This document shows positions 21,578-32,600 of a stretch of DNA of 64,000 nucleotides, in pieces. Source of the stretch: an uncultured virus (IMG/VR IMGVR_UViG_3300031963_011487). Lineage: Duplodnaviria > Heunggongvirae > Uroviricota > Caudoviricetes. Position 1 is the first letter of the stretch. Every line of letters starts with the position of its first letter. A program made the position numbers and the translations under genes. The notes beneath the pieces are model-generated. The model had not been told where the DNA came from and searched no databases. It saw only the letters and a program-made list of their open reading frames with translations. The stretch lies in the IMG/VR virus record IMGVR_UViG_3300031963_011487, one strand, 5' to 3'.

Positions 21578-22765
21578 ATGAGTATTTATAATCAATTTAC
21601 AGACGACGATCTAGTATCAGCAAATCCTACAGTAGTCACAACAGGATTATGGTCTGGAGATACAGGATCGTTAGCATCAACCCTATGGCTAGGTACGGCG
21701 GCTGGTCAACAAGTACCGATTAGCGGTGAATATTATTTAGACGTATTTGATAAACGTCCTGATACCGACCCAACTGCGGAAGTACAATTTTCTGTAACCT
21801 ATGGTCACATAAATGGCGGTGGTTCGCCGACGTTAGACGATAATGATCTGTCCACATTGTCAACGCAGGCAATTTATAGTCAATATAGAAATTTATTATT
21901 GGACCCATCGGATACAAAATTTACATTTAACAATGTAGAATCTGACCACATTTTTGTAATTAATTTTCAACGTTCTAGAATAAGAGAGCAACTGGATCCT
22001 GGTAACTGGGAACTCCCATTGTCAGGAACAAAGGGTATTAGTACATTCATCGATGATAGTGGTCAAACATTAGGTGCATTGACAGCAAACAGTAAGGCCG
22101 GTCGTGTGTTTAATGTTGTGTCTGGAGCACTGGACATATTAACGGGTTCAGTAGTACATAGTTCTGGTTCTACCAACGGTGGTGGATACGGATTGATATA
22201 TCCCGATCTCGGTATTATTGTATTAAACCCAAATGCAATTGGTCCTACGGTTGGATTTGTAGCAACGGGGTCATCAAACGAGGGTAGCGGTTCAGCGAAT
22301 ATTACGGTTACAACACCATTTTATTCAAGTACTGATTTTAATACCGGCACAACTAGCGTAACGGCAGTATATGCACCTGTAACACACTCTGCGGTCGTTT
22401 GGGGTACTAAAAAATCTGCGTATAACCATACAGCACTATTTAATTCAATAAAAGGCGCCACTGCAGCAACAGGTACTCCTTCGGGTTCTGCATTTAAAGC
22501 ACGTTCGGCAGAAACCATTTCTTCTACACACTATTTTGTACGTCTTAGAAATAAGGAATTCAATTATTCAAACAACCCCACGTTCTATAATCCAGATACG
22601 GGAGTACTAACCAATCCAGATTTCCGTAATGATCCGCGAGTATACGTCACTACAGTGGGATTGTATAATAGTCAGAACGAATTACTCGCCGTTGCAAAGT
22701 TGAGTAAGCCGGTGCGGAAGAGCTTCGATGAGGAAGTTTTGTTGAGGGTAAGATTAGATTTTTGA
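21578..22765 (+). CDS. Baseplate-associated structural protein
   Basis: C-terminal YVTTVGLYN...LLAVAKLSKP motif, shared with the gene at 23732. Confidence 0.65.
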   Translation: MSIYNQFTDDDLVSANPTVVTTGLWSGDTGSLASTLWLGTAAGQQVPISGEYYLDVFDKRPDTDPTAEVQFSVTYGHINGGGSPTLDDNDLSTLSTQAIYSQYRNLLLDPSDTKFTFNNVESDHIFVINFQRSRIREQLDPGNWELPLSGTKGISTFIDDSGQTLGALTANSKAGRVFNVVSGALDILTGSVVHSSGSTNGGGYGLIYPDLGIIVLNPNAIGPTVGFVATGSSNEGSGSANITVTTPFYSSTDFNTGTTSVTAVYAPVTHSAVVWGTKKSAYNHTALFNSIKGATAATGTPSGSAFKARSAETISSTHYFVRLRNKEFNYSNNPTFYNPDTGVLTNPDFRNDPRVYVTTVGLYNSQNELLAVAKLSKPVRKSFDEEVLLRVRLDF

Positions 22766-22797
22766 CGGAGAGTAAATAATAAGTGAACGTTTGGAAA

Positions 22798-22842
22798 TAA
22801 TGTCCCCTATTTATATATAGAACGTATAAATAGGGGACATTA
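22798..22842 (+). promoter_or_regulatory. Perfect 18 bp inverted repeat containing a late-promoter motif and covering the SD of the endonuclease gene
   Basis: TAATGTCCCCTATTTATA (22798-22815) pairs with TATAAATAGGGGACATTA (22825-22842); ATG at 22845. Confidence 0.85.
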
Positions 22843-22844
22843 CT

Positions 22845-23735
22845 ATGACTACACCTGAGCAAAAAGAACGTTATAAACTAAAAGCACGAGAAAAAAGAGC
22901 AAAATTACGTAAACAAACCGATTCTGATATAACTTGTAGACTATGTAATTTATCAATAAATCCGAAAGGGATGTCTATACATGTGAAAAATGTACATACG
23001 TTAGAATTTACCGTATATTTAGATCAATATCTATCCGATTTTTCTGCGCTTGGTTGGATACAATGTTCCGTATGTAAAAAAATTACCAAAGGTACAACTT
23101 GTTCAAGAAAGTGCATGGGCGTATTATACAAAGAAACTTATAGTGGACGAGAACCGTGGAATAAAAATTTAACTAAAGAAACCAACGAAAGTTTACGACA
23201 AATGGGCCAATCCATAAGTAAACGCAACACAGGTAACCCAAAAATAATGGGAACAAACAATCCAGCCAAACGAACGGAAGTTCGTGAAAAAATTTCAAAA
23301 ACACGAATAGAACGTGGTGTTGCAAAAGGTCACAACAATCCCATGTTCGGAAAAGCGCACACCGAAGAAGCATTGAGAAAAATTTTTGATAAACGTTCCA
23401 TGACTAGACCGGAACAGCAACTCAAAGAAATTTTAGAAGAATTGCATATTACTTATAAATCACAATTTTTTATTAACACGGGTGACCGCACTTTTTCGTA
23501 CGACTTCTACCTACCAGATCATAATATTATCATTGAGGTTGATGGGGATTATTGGCATGGCGGACCAGGAGTATCAAAATATTGGCATGGCGTAGAAGTC
23601 ACCAAAGAAACGGATATTCTGAAAGATAGTGTTGCTCAAGAACGTGGATATACTATAATTCGTTTATGGGAAAGTCAACTAAATACTGACAAAAAACTAA
23701 TTATTGATATACTTCAATCCGTACTACACACATGA
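22845..23735 (+). CDS. Free-standing homing endonuclease (NUMOD3-like repeats plus Vsr/DUF559-like nuclease)
   Basis: Zn-finger-like CRLC..H..H and CSVC..CSRKC, PWNKNLTKE, NNPMFGKAHTEE, YDFYLP..IIIEVDGDYWHG, IIRLWE. Confidence 0.82.
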   Translation: MTTPEQKERYKLKAREKRAKLRKQTDSDITCRLCNLSINPKGMSIHVKNVHTLEFTVYLDQYLSDFSALGWIQCSVCKKITKGTTCSRKCMGVLYKETYSGREPWNKNLTKETNESLRQMGQSISKRNTGNPKIMGTNNPAKRTEVREKISKTRIERGVAKGHNNPMFGKAHTEEALRKIFDKRSMTRPEQQLKEILEELHITYKSQFFINTGDRTFSYDFYLPDHNIIIEVDGDYWHGGPGVSKYWHGVEVTKETDILKDSVAQERGYTIIRLWESQLNTDKKLIIDILQSVLHT

Positions 23736-24664
23736 AAACATTTGGTACACTTGACGCAAAAGATTACAACGTAGAAGAAATGTATACATCTGCGCCTATG
23801 TCGTGGGAGTTAGTTTCTTCTTCAAACGGTGTTCAAGTAACTTCCCCCGCCGATTTGGTAGGAGCAGTAATGGTACAGCGGGCAAGTAATGATTACACAA
23901 ATTATTATTATACGAATAATCCTAAACTAAATACTGATTCTGGAACATACGAATATATTTTATATAGATCAATTAAACACGTATTTTATAATGGTCGGTA
24001 TTTTTATAGTGGATCCGTATTACAAACGTCTAGTTTAGCTGGATTACCCAACGATTTTTACGTAATAAGTGTTGGGCAAGACTTCTATGGCAATCGTATA
24101 AAGCCAGGAACATTTGAAATATCCACTGAAATTGCCAATAAAACTATTGTAGACGACGAAGTGGGTAATTTATATATTAGTCAGTCGGGCGTGGGTACGT
24201 ACGTCGGTAATGTATTTTATGATTCAGGGATAGCAGTTGTAAAAATGGACACTGGATCTGTAGTGACGGCAATGTCTAGCGGGGGATTAAAATTAGTACA
24301 AGATTCGGAACTTTATGTAGATTATAGTAGTGACGTTAAATATCATCGCCACGAAGTAAACATAAAAATAGATCGTTCTGAATTTAATTTTTCACCATTC
24401 AATCCTTCAATATTTTCCACATATACGGCAACCACCGGTAGTGTAACGCAGTCATGGAATGACTTAAATATTAGGTCGTCTGCAAGTAGTCCAGATACGT
24501 GGAATATGTATAATTTAATGGGAGCGGGTGTAGTTAACCCGTATATTACCACGGTTGGATTGTATAACGAACAGTATGAACTATTAGCAGTTGCCAAATT
24601 AGTACAACCGATTCAACGTTCTTTTGATATTAACCAGATATTTATTATTAGGTTTGATACCTAA
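23732..24664 (+). CDS. Baseplate-associated structural protein (paralog of 21578 gene)
   Basis: IKPGTF, DDEVGNL, VGNVFYDSG, PYITTVGLYN...LLAVAKL. Confidence 0.65.
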   Translation: MKTFGTLDAKDYNVEEMYTSAPMSWELVSSSNGVQVTSPADLVGAVMVQRASNDYTNYYYTNNPKLNTDSGTYEYILYRSIKHVFYNGRYFYSGSVLQTSSLAGLPNDFYVISVGQDFYGNRIKPGTFEISTEIANKTIVDDEVGNLYISQSGVGTYVGNVFYDSGIAVVKMDTGSVVTAMSSGGLKLVQDSELYVDYSSDVKYHRHEVNIKIDRSEFNFSPFNPSIFSTYTATTGSVTQSWNDLNIRSSASSPDTWNMYNLMGAGVVNPYITTVGLYNEQYELLAVAKLVQPIQRSFDINQIFIIRFDT

Positions 24665-24678
24665 TTTTGGAGAATCGT

Positions 24679-25134
24679 ATGACCCTAGAAGAAAGATACA
24701 ATCAAGCAGCAGCAACAACATATGTCGGCAAAGTTCGTGCTATGCAAGCAGCAGATGCGGGTGCAATTGATGGAGTAAACTTAATGAATGGTGAAGGGTT
24801 TACAGGAAGACCACCCGCCCCCGATCAAGTACAAACAGAATTTAAACGAAATGCGGAAGGTGATTTTAAATATGGTGGCGGTAGTAAGGCACCTGCTACT
24901 ACAAACGATAAATCATATCCTTTAAGTCGTTGGTTAACAAAAGGGATAGACAAAGCCGATACGTATTTAATTGATAGGTACAAAAAATTAAATGATGTAC
25001 GTAATGGAAATAGAGAGATTAACCAATATGATTGGCGTACCGAAGCCAATTCTTTTGCAGGTAAGTTACCAACTGCAAAAACTAGAATTACTTCTTCACC
25101 TGCTGGTCCTGCTCCTGGTGGGATCAACGGATAA
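24679..25134 (+). CDS. Hypothetical protein
   Basis: ATG follows a GGAG SD. Confidence 0.7.
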   Translation: MTLEERYNQAAATTYVGKVRAMQAADAGAIDGVNLMNGEGFTGRPPAPDQVQTEFKRNAEGDFKYGGGSKAPATTNDKSYPLSRWLTKGIDKADTYLIDRYKKLNDVRNGNREINQYDWRTEANSFAGKLPTAKTRITSSPAGPAPGGING

Positions 25135-25155
25135 TACAAACACTAAAGAGGTTAT

Positions 25156-25515
25156 ATGAAGCCACGAAGCGCAAAAGCAAAGGGGCGTAAATTACAAAAT
25201 AATGTTCGTGATCTAATACAGGAACACTTTCCGCAACTCCATCCAGATGACGTGGTATCTACGCAAATGGGAGGAGCTGGTGTAGACATTCAGTTGTCAC
25301 CAGCAGCACGGAAAGTGTTCCCGTATTCTATTGAGTGTAAGAACCAAGAAAAATTGAATATATGGGAAGCCCTTAAACAAGCAGAAACGAATATAAAAGA
25401 TGGTACACAACCTGTCCTATTTTTCAAACGTAATCATTCCAAGACTTACGTTGCAATCGACGCTGACCATTTTTTTGAACTAATAAACAAATTACGAAAG
25501 GTTGACAATCCATAG
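25156..25515 (+). CDS. Holliday junction resolvase-like PD-(D/E)xK nuclease
   Basis: KAKGRKLQ, GVDIQL, IECKNQE, PVLFFKRN. Confidence 0.75.
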   Translation: MKPRSAKAKGRKLQNNVRDLIQEHFPQLHPDDVVSTQMGGAGVDIQLSPAARKVFPYSIECKNQEKLNIWEALKQAETNIKDGTQPVLFFKRNHSKTYVAIDADHFFELINKLRKVDNP

Positions 25516-25530
25516 ACAATCCGTTAGATT
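25502..25530 (+). promoter_or_regulatory. Sigma70-type promoter TTGACA-N17-TAGATT (primase)
   Basis: TTGACA at 25502-25507, TAGATT at 25525-25530, ATG at 25537. Confidence 0.72.
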
Positions 25531-25536
25531 GTATCT

Positions 25537-26442
25537 ATGACGATTCTATCCTTACTACAAGAAATTTTAGGTCCATATCAACAACAACGAGACGAATATC
25601 TTTTCTCGTGTCCTTTCTGCCATCATCATAAAAAGAAATTATCAATCAATATTGCCACCAACAAATGGAAATGTTGGATTTGTGGAAGCAAGGGTGGACA
25701 TATTATTTGGTTAGTAAAAAAACTTCAAGTATCAAAGGATTTATTAAATAAGTTTAAAGAAGTATTGGGAGACGCAGAGCTAAAACAATTTAAAGCAACA
25801 ACCTCTGAAACAGTTCTTAGACTCCCACCAGAGTACAAACCGTTGTGGAAACCAGAAAAGAATTATCAGTATTATCATGCTATCACCTATCTCAAGAATA
25901 GAGGAATTACAACAGATGACATCTTACGGTATCGTATCGGGTATTGCACTGAAGGTTCGTATGCTCATAGAATCATACTTCCTTCATATGATAGAAATAA
26001 TCACCTCAATTACTTCACCGCCCGACTCTTTTACGACGAAGGAATGAAGTACAAAAACCCACCAGTGTCAAAAAACGTGATCATTTTTGAAAATATGGTG
26101 GATTATAACGAACCAATAATTTTATGCGAGGGAATGTTTGATGCAATTGCGCTCCGCCGTAATGCTATTCCTCTTATGGGGAAGACGTTATCAAAGAATC
26201 TTGAACGGGCTCTTTTAGAACATAATGTAAAACAAGTAATTGTTTTTCTTGATATAGATGCTCGACAAGATGCAATACAATTAGAACAACATTTGAAACA
26301 GTATAATATTGAAACCAAATTAGTATTAACCGAAGGAAAAGATGCATCCGAAATGGGCTTTACAAAATCATGGGAATCCATTCAAAATGCACGAGAAACA
26401 AATTTTAAGCAGTTTATTGAACAGAGGTTATCTATTGCATGA
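25537..26442 (+). CDS. DNA primase (Zn-binding domain plus TOPRIM)
   Basis: CPFC..CWIC zinc motif, YLKNRG, RIILP, KYKNP, CEGMFDA, FLDIDA, KDASE. Confidence 0.9.
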   Translation: MTILSLLQEILGPYQQQRDEYLFSCPFCHHHKKKLSINIATNKWKCWICGSKGGHIIWLVKKLQVSKDLLNKFKEVLGDAELKQFKATTSETVLRLPPEYKPLWKPEKNYQYYHAITYLKNRGITTDDILRYRIGYCTEGSYAHRIILPSYDRNNHLNYFTARLFYDEGMKYKNPPVSKNVIIFENMVDYNEPIILCEGMFDAIALRRNAIPLMGKTLSKNLERALLEHNVKQVIVFLDIDARQDAIQLEQHLKQYNIETKLVLTEGKDASEMGFTKSWESIQNARETNFKQFIEQRLSIA

Positions 26443-29400
26443 AAATACACGTTCCGTTTGAAAAATTAAAAGCCGTCGCACATCTGGCAGATATTCATAT
26501 TCGGTTGTTCCGTCGCCATGAGGAATATGAAGCTGCCTTTGAACGTTTATACGCAGACATTCGGTCTAAAAATTTACAAGACTTTGTAATCGTACTTGCG
26601 GGTGACATCGTACATGCCAAGACGGATATGTCGCCGGAAATGGTTGAGGTAACGTCAAAGTTTTTGAATGAGATGGCTGATATTGCACCTACCATTTTGA
26701 TTGCCGGTAATCACGATTGTAATCTTGCAAATACTAATCGGTTGGATGCACTTACTCCGATTGTTAATAATCTCAATCATCCCAATCTTCATTATGTCAA
26801 GGGAAGTGATGTGGTATATGTTGCCGATACTGCATTTGCTGTGTGTTCCATTTTTGACGAACAAGATCAGTGGCCTTCGGTAGTTGATATTGATAGTACG
26901 ACAAAAATTGCTTTATATCACGGACCTGTCTACGGATCTACAACGGACGCAAATTACACCATTACATCCCGCCACGTCAGTGTAGAAACGTTTAATGGAT
27001 ACGATGTGGTGATGTTAGGGGATATTCATAAGCATCAAGTACTTCAACAAGAAAATCCAATTATCGTCTATGCTTCATCGTTAATTCAGCAGAACCACGG
27101 CGAGTCGGTGGATGGGCATGGATGGTGTTTATGGGACATTCCAACTCGTTCGTTTGAGTTCGTCCCGTTACAGAACGACTATGGGTATGTAACACTTGAA
27201 GTACATGATGCACATATTACATACCCCGCTAACATGCCAAAGAACGTCCGTATGCGACTGTTTACGGAAGATTTGGACAACACGGAAGTCAAGAAGATTA
27301 TTACCACACTCCGAAATAATCATAATATTATTGAACTATCGGTAAACAAAAATCGGTTTAATAAGAATACTCCTCGTATTGCGAGTGCGGGTCACGATAC
27401 GTTTGATTTAACTCAAGTAAATGTACAAAATACGTTGATTACACAGTGGTTGAATCGGAATTATACTACGTTAGATCCCGAGGTATTGACGGCAATTGAA
27501 AAGATTAATAAAGATCTGAACAATAAAATTATTAATGACGATCAATCACGTAATATTCACTGGCGTCCATTGAAGTTTAAATTCTCCAATATGTTTTCGT
27601 ATGGAGAAGATAATGAAATAAACTTTACGAATATGAAAGGTGTGTATGGGGTCTTTGCTCCAAACGCATCGGGAAAGAGTTCAATTATGGACGCACTGAT
27701 GTTCTGTCTGTACGACAAGACGCCTCGTGCCTTCAAGGGTGACCACATCATCAACAATCGGAAAGATAATTTCGTCTGTGAATTGACGTTTGAAATTAAC
27801 AACGAAGTGTTTGGTATTAAGCGCGTCGGTACTCGTAAGAAGAATGGGGATGTCAAGGTTGATGCCTCATTCTGGAAGGTACTGGACAACGGTGATATTC
27901 TCAACCTCAATGGAGAAGATCGTCGTGACACCAATGCGAATATTCGGAGTTATGTGGGAACCTATGAAGACTTTGTGATGACCGCTCTGAGTAGTCAAAA
28001 CAGTAATGCGTTGTTTATTGATAAGTCCCATTCAGAGCGGAAAGACCTGCTCATTCAGTTTATGGGATTGAATATCTTTGATAAGTTGTTTGATGCCGCT
28101 CACGATGAAGCAAAGGAAATCACGGGCATCCTCAAACGGTTTAAGAAGAGTGATGTGACTGACCAGATTGCAGAAACGCATAATAAGTTACAGAAAGTTG
28201 AACAGAGTATTCATAGGTACGAACTGCAAAAGGATAACCACGAAGGGAACCTTGAAGATTTGGAAGAAGAATACCGTACCCATCAATCAACCAAGCGTCC
28301 CGTACCAGAAGTGTCGGGGAACTTGGACGACCTAGAAGGCGCTCTCAAGAAAACACACCAGCTCCTCAAAAAAGCACAAGAAAATTACGAGTATACCAAG
28401 GTCAATTACGAAAAGGCAGTGGAGGAACATACGCAATTTACCAGCGACTTTGAAGCATACGATATGGAGAAGTTGCAGGAGTCGGTTGCCAATTACAATA
28501 AGTTAAATGACCTATTGGTGAAGGGGAACGCTGCTCTTCGTGTCGTGAATACCAAGATTGAAGAGAAAGTCAAGTTTAAGAATAAGTTGTCGGGCTACAA
28601 GTATAATCCTAACTGTGATGTCTGTGTGGCAAACAATAAGTCCGTCGTGGATGACCTAGCAACAGTCAATACGGAACTAGACGAACTCAATACAAAGCGT
28701 CTCATTCAAGAGGACTCCATTACCAAGATTATTGAGGAACTGGAACCCTTGAAGTTGGAAAAGGAAACCTATGATGAAGCAATTACTGCTCAATCACTCA
28801 TCCAGAAAGTACATCAGACCCAACAACGGTTGACGGTGGAACTGGAATCTGCGGGTATGACCATTGAAAAACATCAGTCCAAGATTACCAGCATTCAAAC
28901 AGACATTGACAATTACAAGCTGAACGAAGAAAATATTTTGTATAATCAGCAGGTTGATGTGGAACTCAAAGACATTCAAACGAAGATTAATGAAGTGAAA
29001 CGGCACATTCAGCACGTGGATCGGGAACTTCGGTTGTTGCACGGCGATAGTTCGGTATTGACCGCAAAGAAAAAGGAATTGACGGATAAATTGAAGGAAG
29101 CCGAAGAATTGGAAACCACGTATGAAGCATACAACCATTACATGCTCGCAGTAGGTCGTGATGGGGTACCGTATGAATTGATGAGTAAGGCCATTCCAAA
29201 TATGGAAGCAGAAATTAACGGGATTCTTTCACAAATTGTGGACTTCACGGTGTCGTTGGAAGTGGACGGAAAGAATATCAATGGTAAGTTAAACTATGAT
29301 TTTGATAGAATCTGGCCTTTGGAAAATTCTTCTGGCATGGAACGATTTGTGAGTAGTTTGGCAATTCGTGTGGCACTTTTGAACGCCAGCAACCTTCCAA

Positions 29401-29600
29401 AATCCAACATGTTAATTATTGATGAAGGATTTGGGGTATTAGATGCAGAACACATGCATTCTATGCAAACACTGTTTAATTTACTTAAAACCCATTTCGA
29501 CTTTATACTTATAGTAAGTCACTTGGATACTGCCCGGGATATGGTGGATCACCTCATTGAAATCCGCAAGGAGGATGGGTATTCGCAAATATCGGTATAA
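26439..29600 (+). CDS. Fused Mre11/SbcD nuclease - Rad50/SbcC ATPase (gp47-gp46-like)
   Basis: ADIH, GD, GNHD, HG, LGDIH phosphoesterase motifs; then Walker A APNASGKSS, coiled coil with CDVC hook, SSGMERF signature, Walker B IIDEGFGVLD, VSH. Confidence 0.92.
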   Translation: MKIHVPFEKLKAVAHLADIHIRLFRRHEEYEAAFERLYADIRSKNLQDFVIVLAGDIVHAKTDMSPEMVEVTSKFLNEMADIAPTILIAGNHDCNLANTNRLDALTPIVNNLNHPNLHYVKGSDVVYVADTAFAVCSIFDEQDQWPSVVDIDSTTKIALYHGPVYGSTTDANYTITSRHVSVETFNGYDVVMLGDIHKHQVLQQENPIIVYASSLIQQNHGESVDGHGWCLWDIPTRSFEFVPLQNDYGYVTLEVHDAHITYPANMPKNVRMRLFTEDLDNTEVKKIITTLRNNHNIIELSVNKNRFNKNTPRIASAGHDTFDLTQVNVQNTLITQWLNRNYTTLDPEVLTAIEKINKDLNNKIINDDQSRNIHWRPLKFKFSNMFSYGEDNEINFTNMKGVYGVFAPNASGKSSIMDALMFCLYDKTPRAFKGDHIINNRKDNFVCELTFEINNEVFGIKRVGTRKKNGDVKVDASFWKVLDNGDILNLNGEDRRDTNANIRSYVGTYEDFVMTALSSQNSNALFIDKSHSERKDLLIQFMGLNIFDKLFDAAHDEAKEITGILKRFKKSDVTDQIAETHNKLQKVEQSIHRYELQKDNHEGNLEDLEEEYRTHQSTKRPVPEVSGNLDDLEGALKKTHQLLKKAQENYEYTKVNYEKAVEEHTQFTSDFEAYDMEKLQESVANYNKLNDLLVKGNAALRVVNTKIEEKVKFKNKLSGYKYNPNCDVCVANNKSVVDDLATVNTELDELNTKRLIQEDSITKIIEELEPLKLEKETYDEAITAQSLIQKVHQTQQRLTVELESAGMTIEKHQSKITSIQTDIDNYKLNEENILYNQQVDVELKDIQTKINEVKRHIQHVDRELRLLHGDSSVLTAKKKELTDKLKEAEELETTYEAYNHYMLAVGRDGVPYELMSKAIPNMEAEINGILSQIVDFTVSLEVDGKNINGKLNYDFDRIWPLENSSGMERFVSSLAIRVALLNASNLPKSNMLIIDEGFGVLDAEHMHSMQTLFNLLKTHFDFILIVSHLDTARDMVDHLIEIRKEDGYSQISV

Positions 29601-29612
29601 TAGAGAGAATGG

Positions 29613-32600
29613 ATGGCAAGAACTAGAAAGTCGATACAACCGTTAAATTTATATAAGTACGATGTATTAATTGAGGATCAAGGTCCACGTTCCGACTACT
29701 TTAAGATTAGTCAATTTGATGGCTATTTTTATGGTGGTCGTAACGCATTTTTGTTAGCAGGAGCAGGTATACTGAAACCAAATACTAGTATTTTAGTAGA
29801 AATATTAAACGTGAATGGTAATACAGTATACAGTGTTCCAGTAACGAACTTTACGGAAGGTAACTCCAGATTAATTCAAACAGAAGTATATTCCGACACA
29901 CCTATTGGTCCAGGCAAATTAGTGATATTGGGATGTGCAGACACCTACATTGATGGTACGCCAGTTCCAGATATATGGAAAAATAAATACAATGTTCGTT
30001 GGATAACTGATATAATTATTTCTCCATTGGTTCGTAATAAAACGCCTATACGATTTGAAAAAGAACCGTCAATTGTCGTGGAAGAAAAATTTTACAAAGC
30101 GCCAGAATCAGCAACATTCACGGAAAAAATATATGTTCCCGTGGATGTGGAATTAACTCCTAAATATTTTAATATTTTTCCTAACGGATACCAAATCCGA
30201 TTGACTGGACCTGGTAACACACGATATTTCTCCGATTACAGTAACGGTATAATTACTGGATCGGCAATGATTTCTCCATCCAATGAATATGCAACTATAG
30301 AATTACCAATTACTAAAATTTTAAACTCAACCCGTGCAGAATCAGATGGACGACTTATATACACGGATAAAAACACATTATTATTGGGTGGATTTTTAAG
30401 TAACAGTGGCGCGTATAACACAACACTTTTACCATTCGGCTCAACTACTGTATCCGGTAGTATGCAACTCGTGTATAGTAAATTGGATACGGTGTCAACT
30501 GGATCCGATATTTCTTTTGCAAAAATACGAATTGTTGATACAAAAACATTGTCCGGTGAAATTAATAAGGTTAGAGTTTCATATAAAGAAAGTACACGAC
30601 CTGGAGAATATGTAACGTTGTCTGATGTAGACGTGGGTGTTACGGAATTATTCGCAGTGGACAGCGGAAGTAAAATTGTAAGTACAGGGCAATTTAAAGA
30701 TTTACTAATTAATGATTACTGGTACACTGCTACCATGTCATTACAAAAAACAGACGCTATCCCACAACCACCCATATACTTCAACTCATCGTCACTAATA
30801 ACTAGCAATTCAATTATAACGCAGTGTTGTGTAGATTTACTTGATTCAATAAATGCAACACCGTTAATATCGGCAAGTACATATTTAAACAATGTTTCAT
30901 ATTTTATTGGGAATAGAACGGAAAATTCGTTGACTTTATTCCCACGTACAGAATATACACTTGCGTTTGATGCGTTTATTACAAAAACTTCAGCATCATT
31001 AGAAGTAGACCAAGCAGATTATTCAATGGAAGTATATCTGGTACAACAAGAAAACTCTACGGGTGTAGTACTAACTGCGGATAAACGTGGACAATTAATT
31101 GGTACCTTAACACCAAAAACTGGATTTTTAAGACAAAATTTTGAAACTGTAGAATTTAACTTTACACCACAAATATTAAGTACCGGTGAGTTTGGACTCC
31201 GATTTGTCGTATACGGTGGATACTGGAATATTGCAAATGTGTCTGTAAAGACTGCACAGGAACCATATTTTAGTCCTGATGAAATTGATATTTTGATTCC
31301 AATTGTTAATTACCAAAATACAATTTTACAATTTAGAGCAGAATATCTAGACATCAATAATAATACGGCAGGGACAACTACAATCTCTACGCCGTTGTAT
31401 GTTACGGGATCTGATAAATATGCAGTGAATGGGTTTCCGTACACGGGTAGTGCCATGATTTCGGGATCACTTGGTATTACTGGATCATTAACAATTACTG
31501 GATCCGGTACTTTAATTAATATTGGACCCGCACGATTCACCGGATCAGTTTCAACAACCGATAATCTATTAGTTAATGGAAACGTCGGTATCGGCACAGT
31601 TACACCGCAAGGTAAATTACACGTAGTTACCGGATCGTTAGTAAACGCACATTATAATAACCAAGGCGCATTCTTGTTTGAAGCGCAAGAAGCACAGATG
31701 CAAGTTATTTCCGATGATAGTGGTAATCACGCATCTAAATTTGTACTATCAACCGTATCTTCATCAACGGTAAATAAGCATTGGATGTTGGATCAGAAAG
31801 GACCTGGTTTAGGAAATAGGTTTGATATTTCATACTTTACGTCATCTAACAGTGGTAATATTTTAGCACCGTCTGGCGTAGAAAAGCTTACCATAACTAC
31901 AAATGGACATGTTGGTATAGGAACTACCACACCTACCGCAACCCTACATGTACAAGGTACAATCTCCTCATCTGGAAATGTAACAGTTGACGGTAACCTA
32001 ACGGTCTCGGGTCTAGTAACTGCTGCATCACAGTCCATAACATATATTAGTTCATCGCAATTAAATGTTGGAACGAACATCATTACCGTTAACGTTCAAA
32101 ATCCAACTGTACAATTTGGTGGATTGGCGGTCATTGATTCGGGATCATCACCACAACGTAGTGGATCATTACTATTTGATTCAATAAATGATCAATGGAT
32201 ATTTGTACACCAAAATCAAACATCACCGACATCCTCCGTGTTATTGATGGGTCCACAAACCTATAATAATATTGGAAACGAAACGAATTTAACCAACAAC
32301 TATTTGTTGAAGTCGGTCAACGCAGAACATGTTGGGGATTCACAAATTTATGATAATGGAACGAATGTTGGCATTGGTACATCAAGTCCCGTTGGCAAGT
32401 TAACTGTAAACGGTTATACAGGAGGAACGGTAGGTAGTGCAATTGCCGCTCACCAAAAAAACGTAGTGATAGGTGGAGCATACAATCAACTGTATAATAC
32501 CAGTGCATCGGTAATGTTTCTCATCGCCGATTACAGTAACGATACTACAGACGATGTATATCCAATATATGTCGAAGATGAAAATAACGTTGTAGACTTT

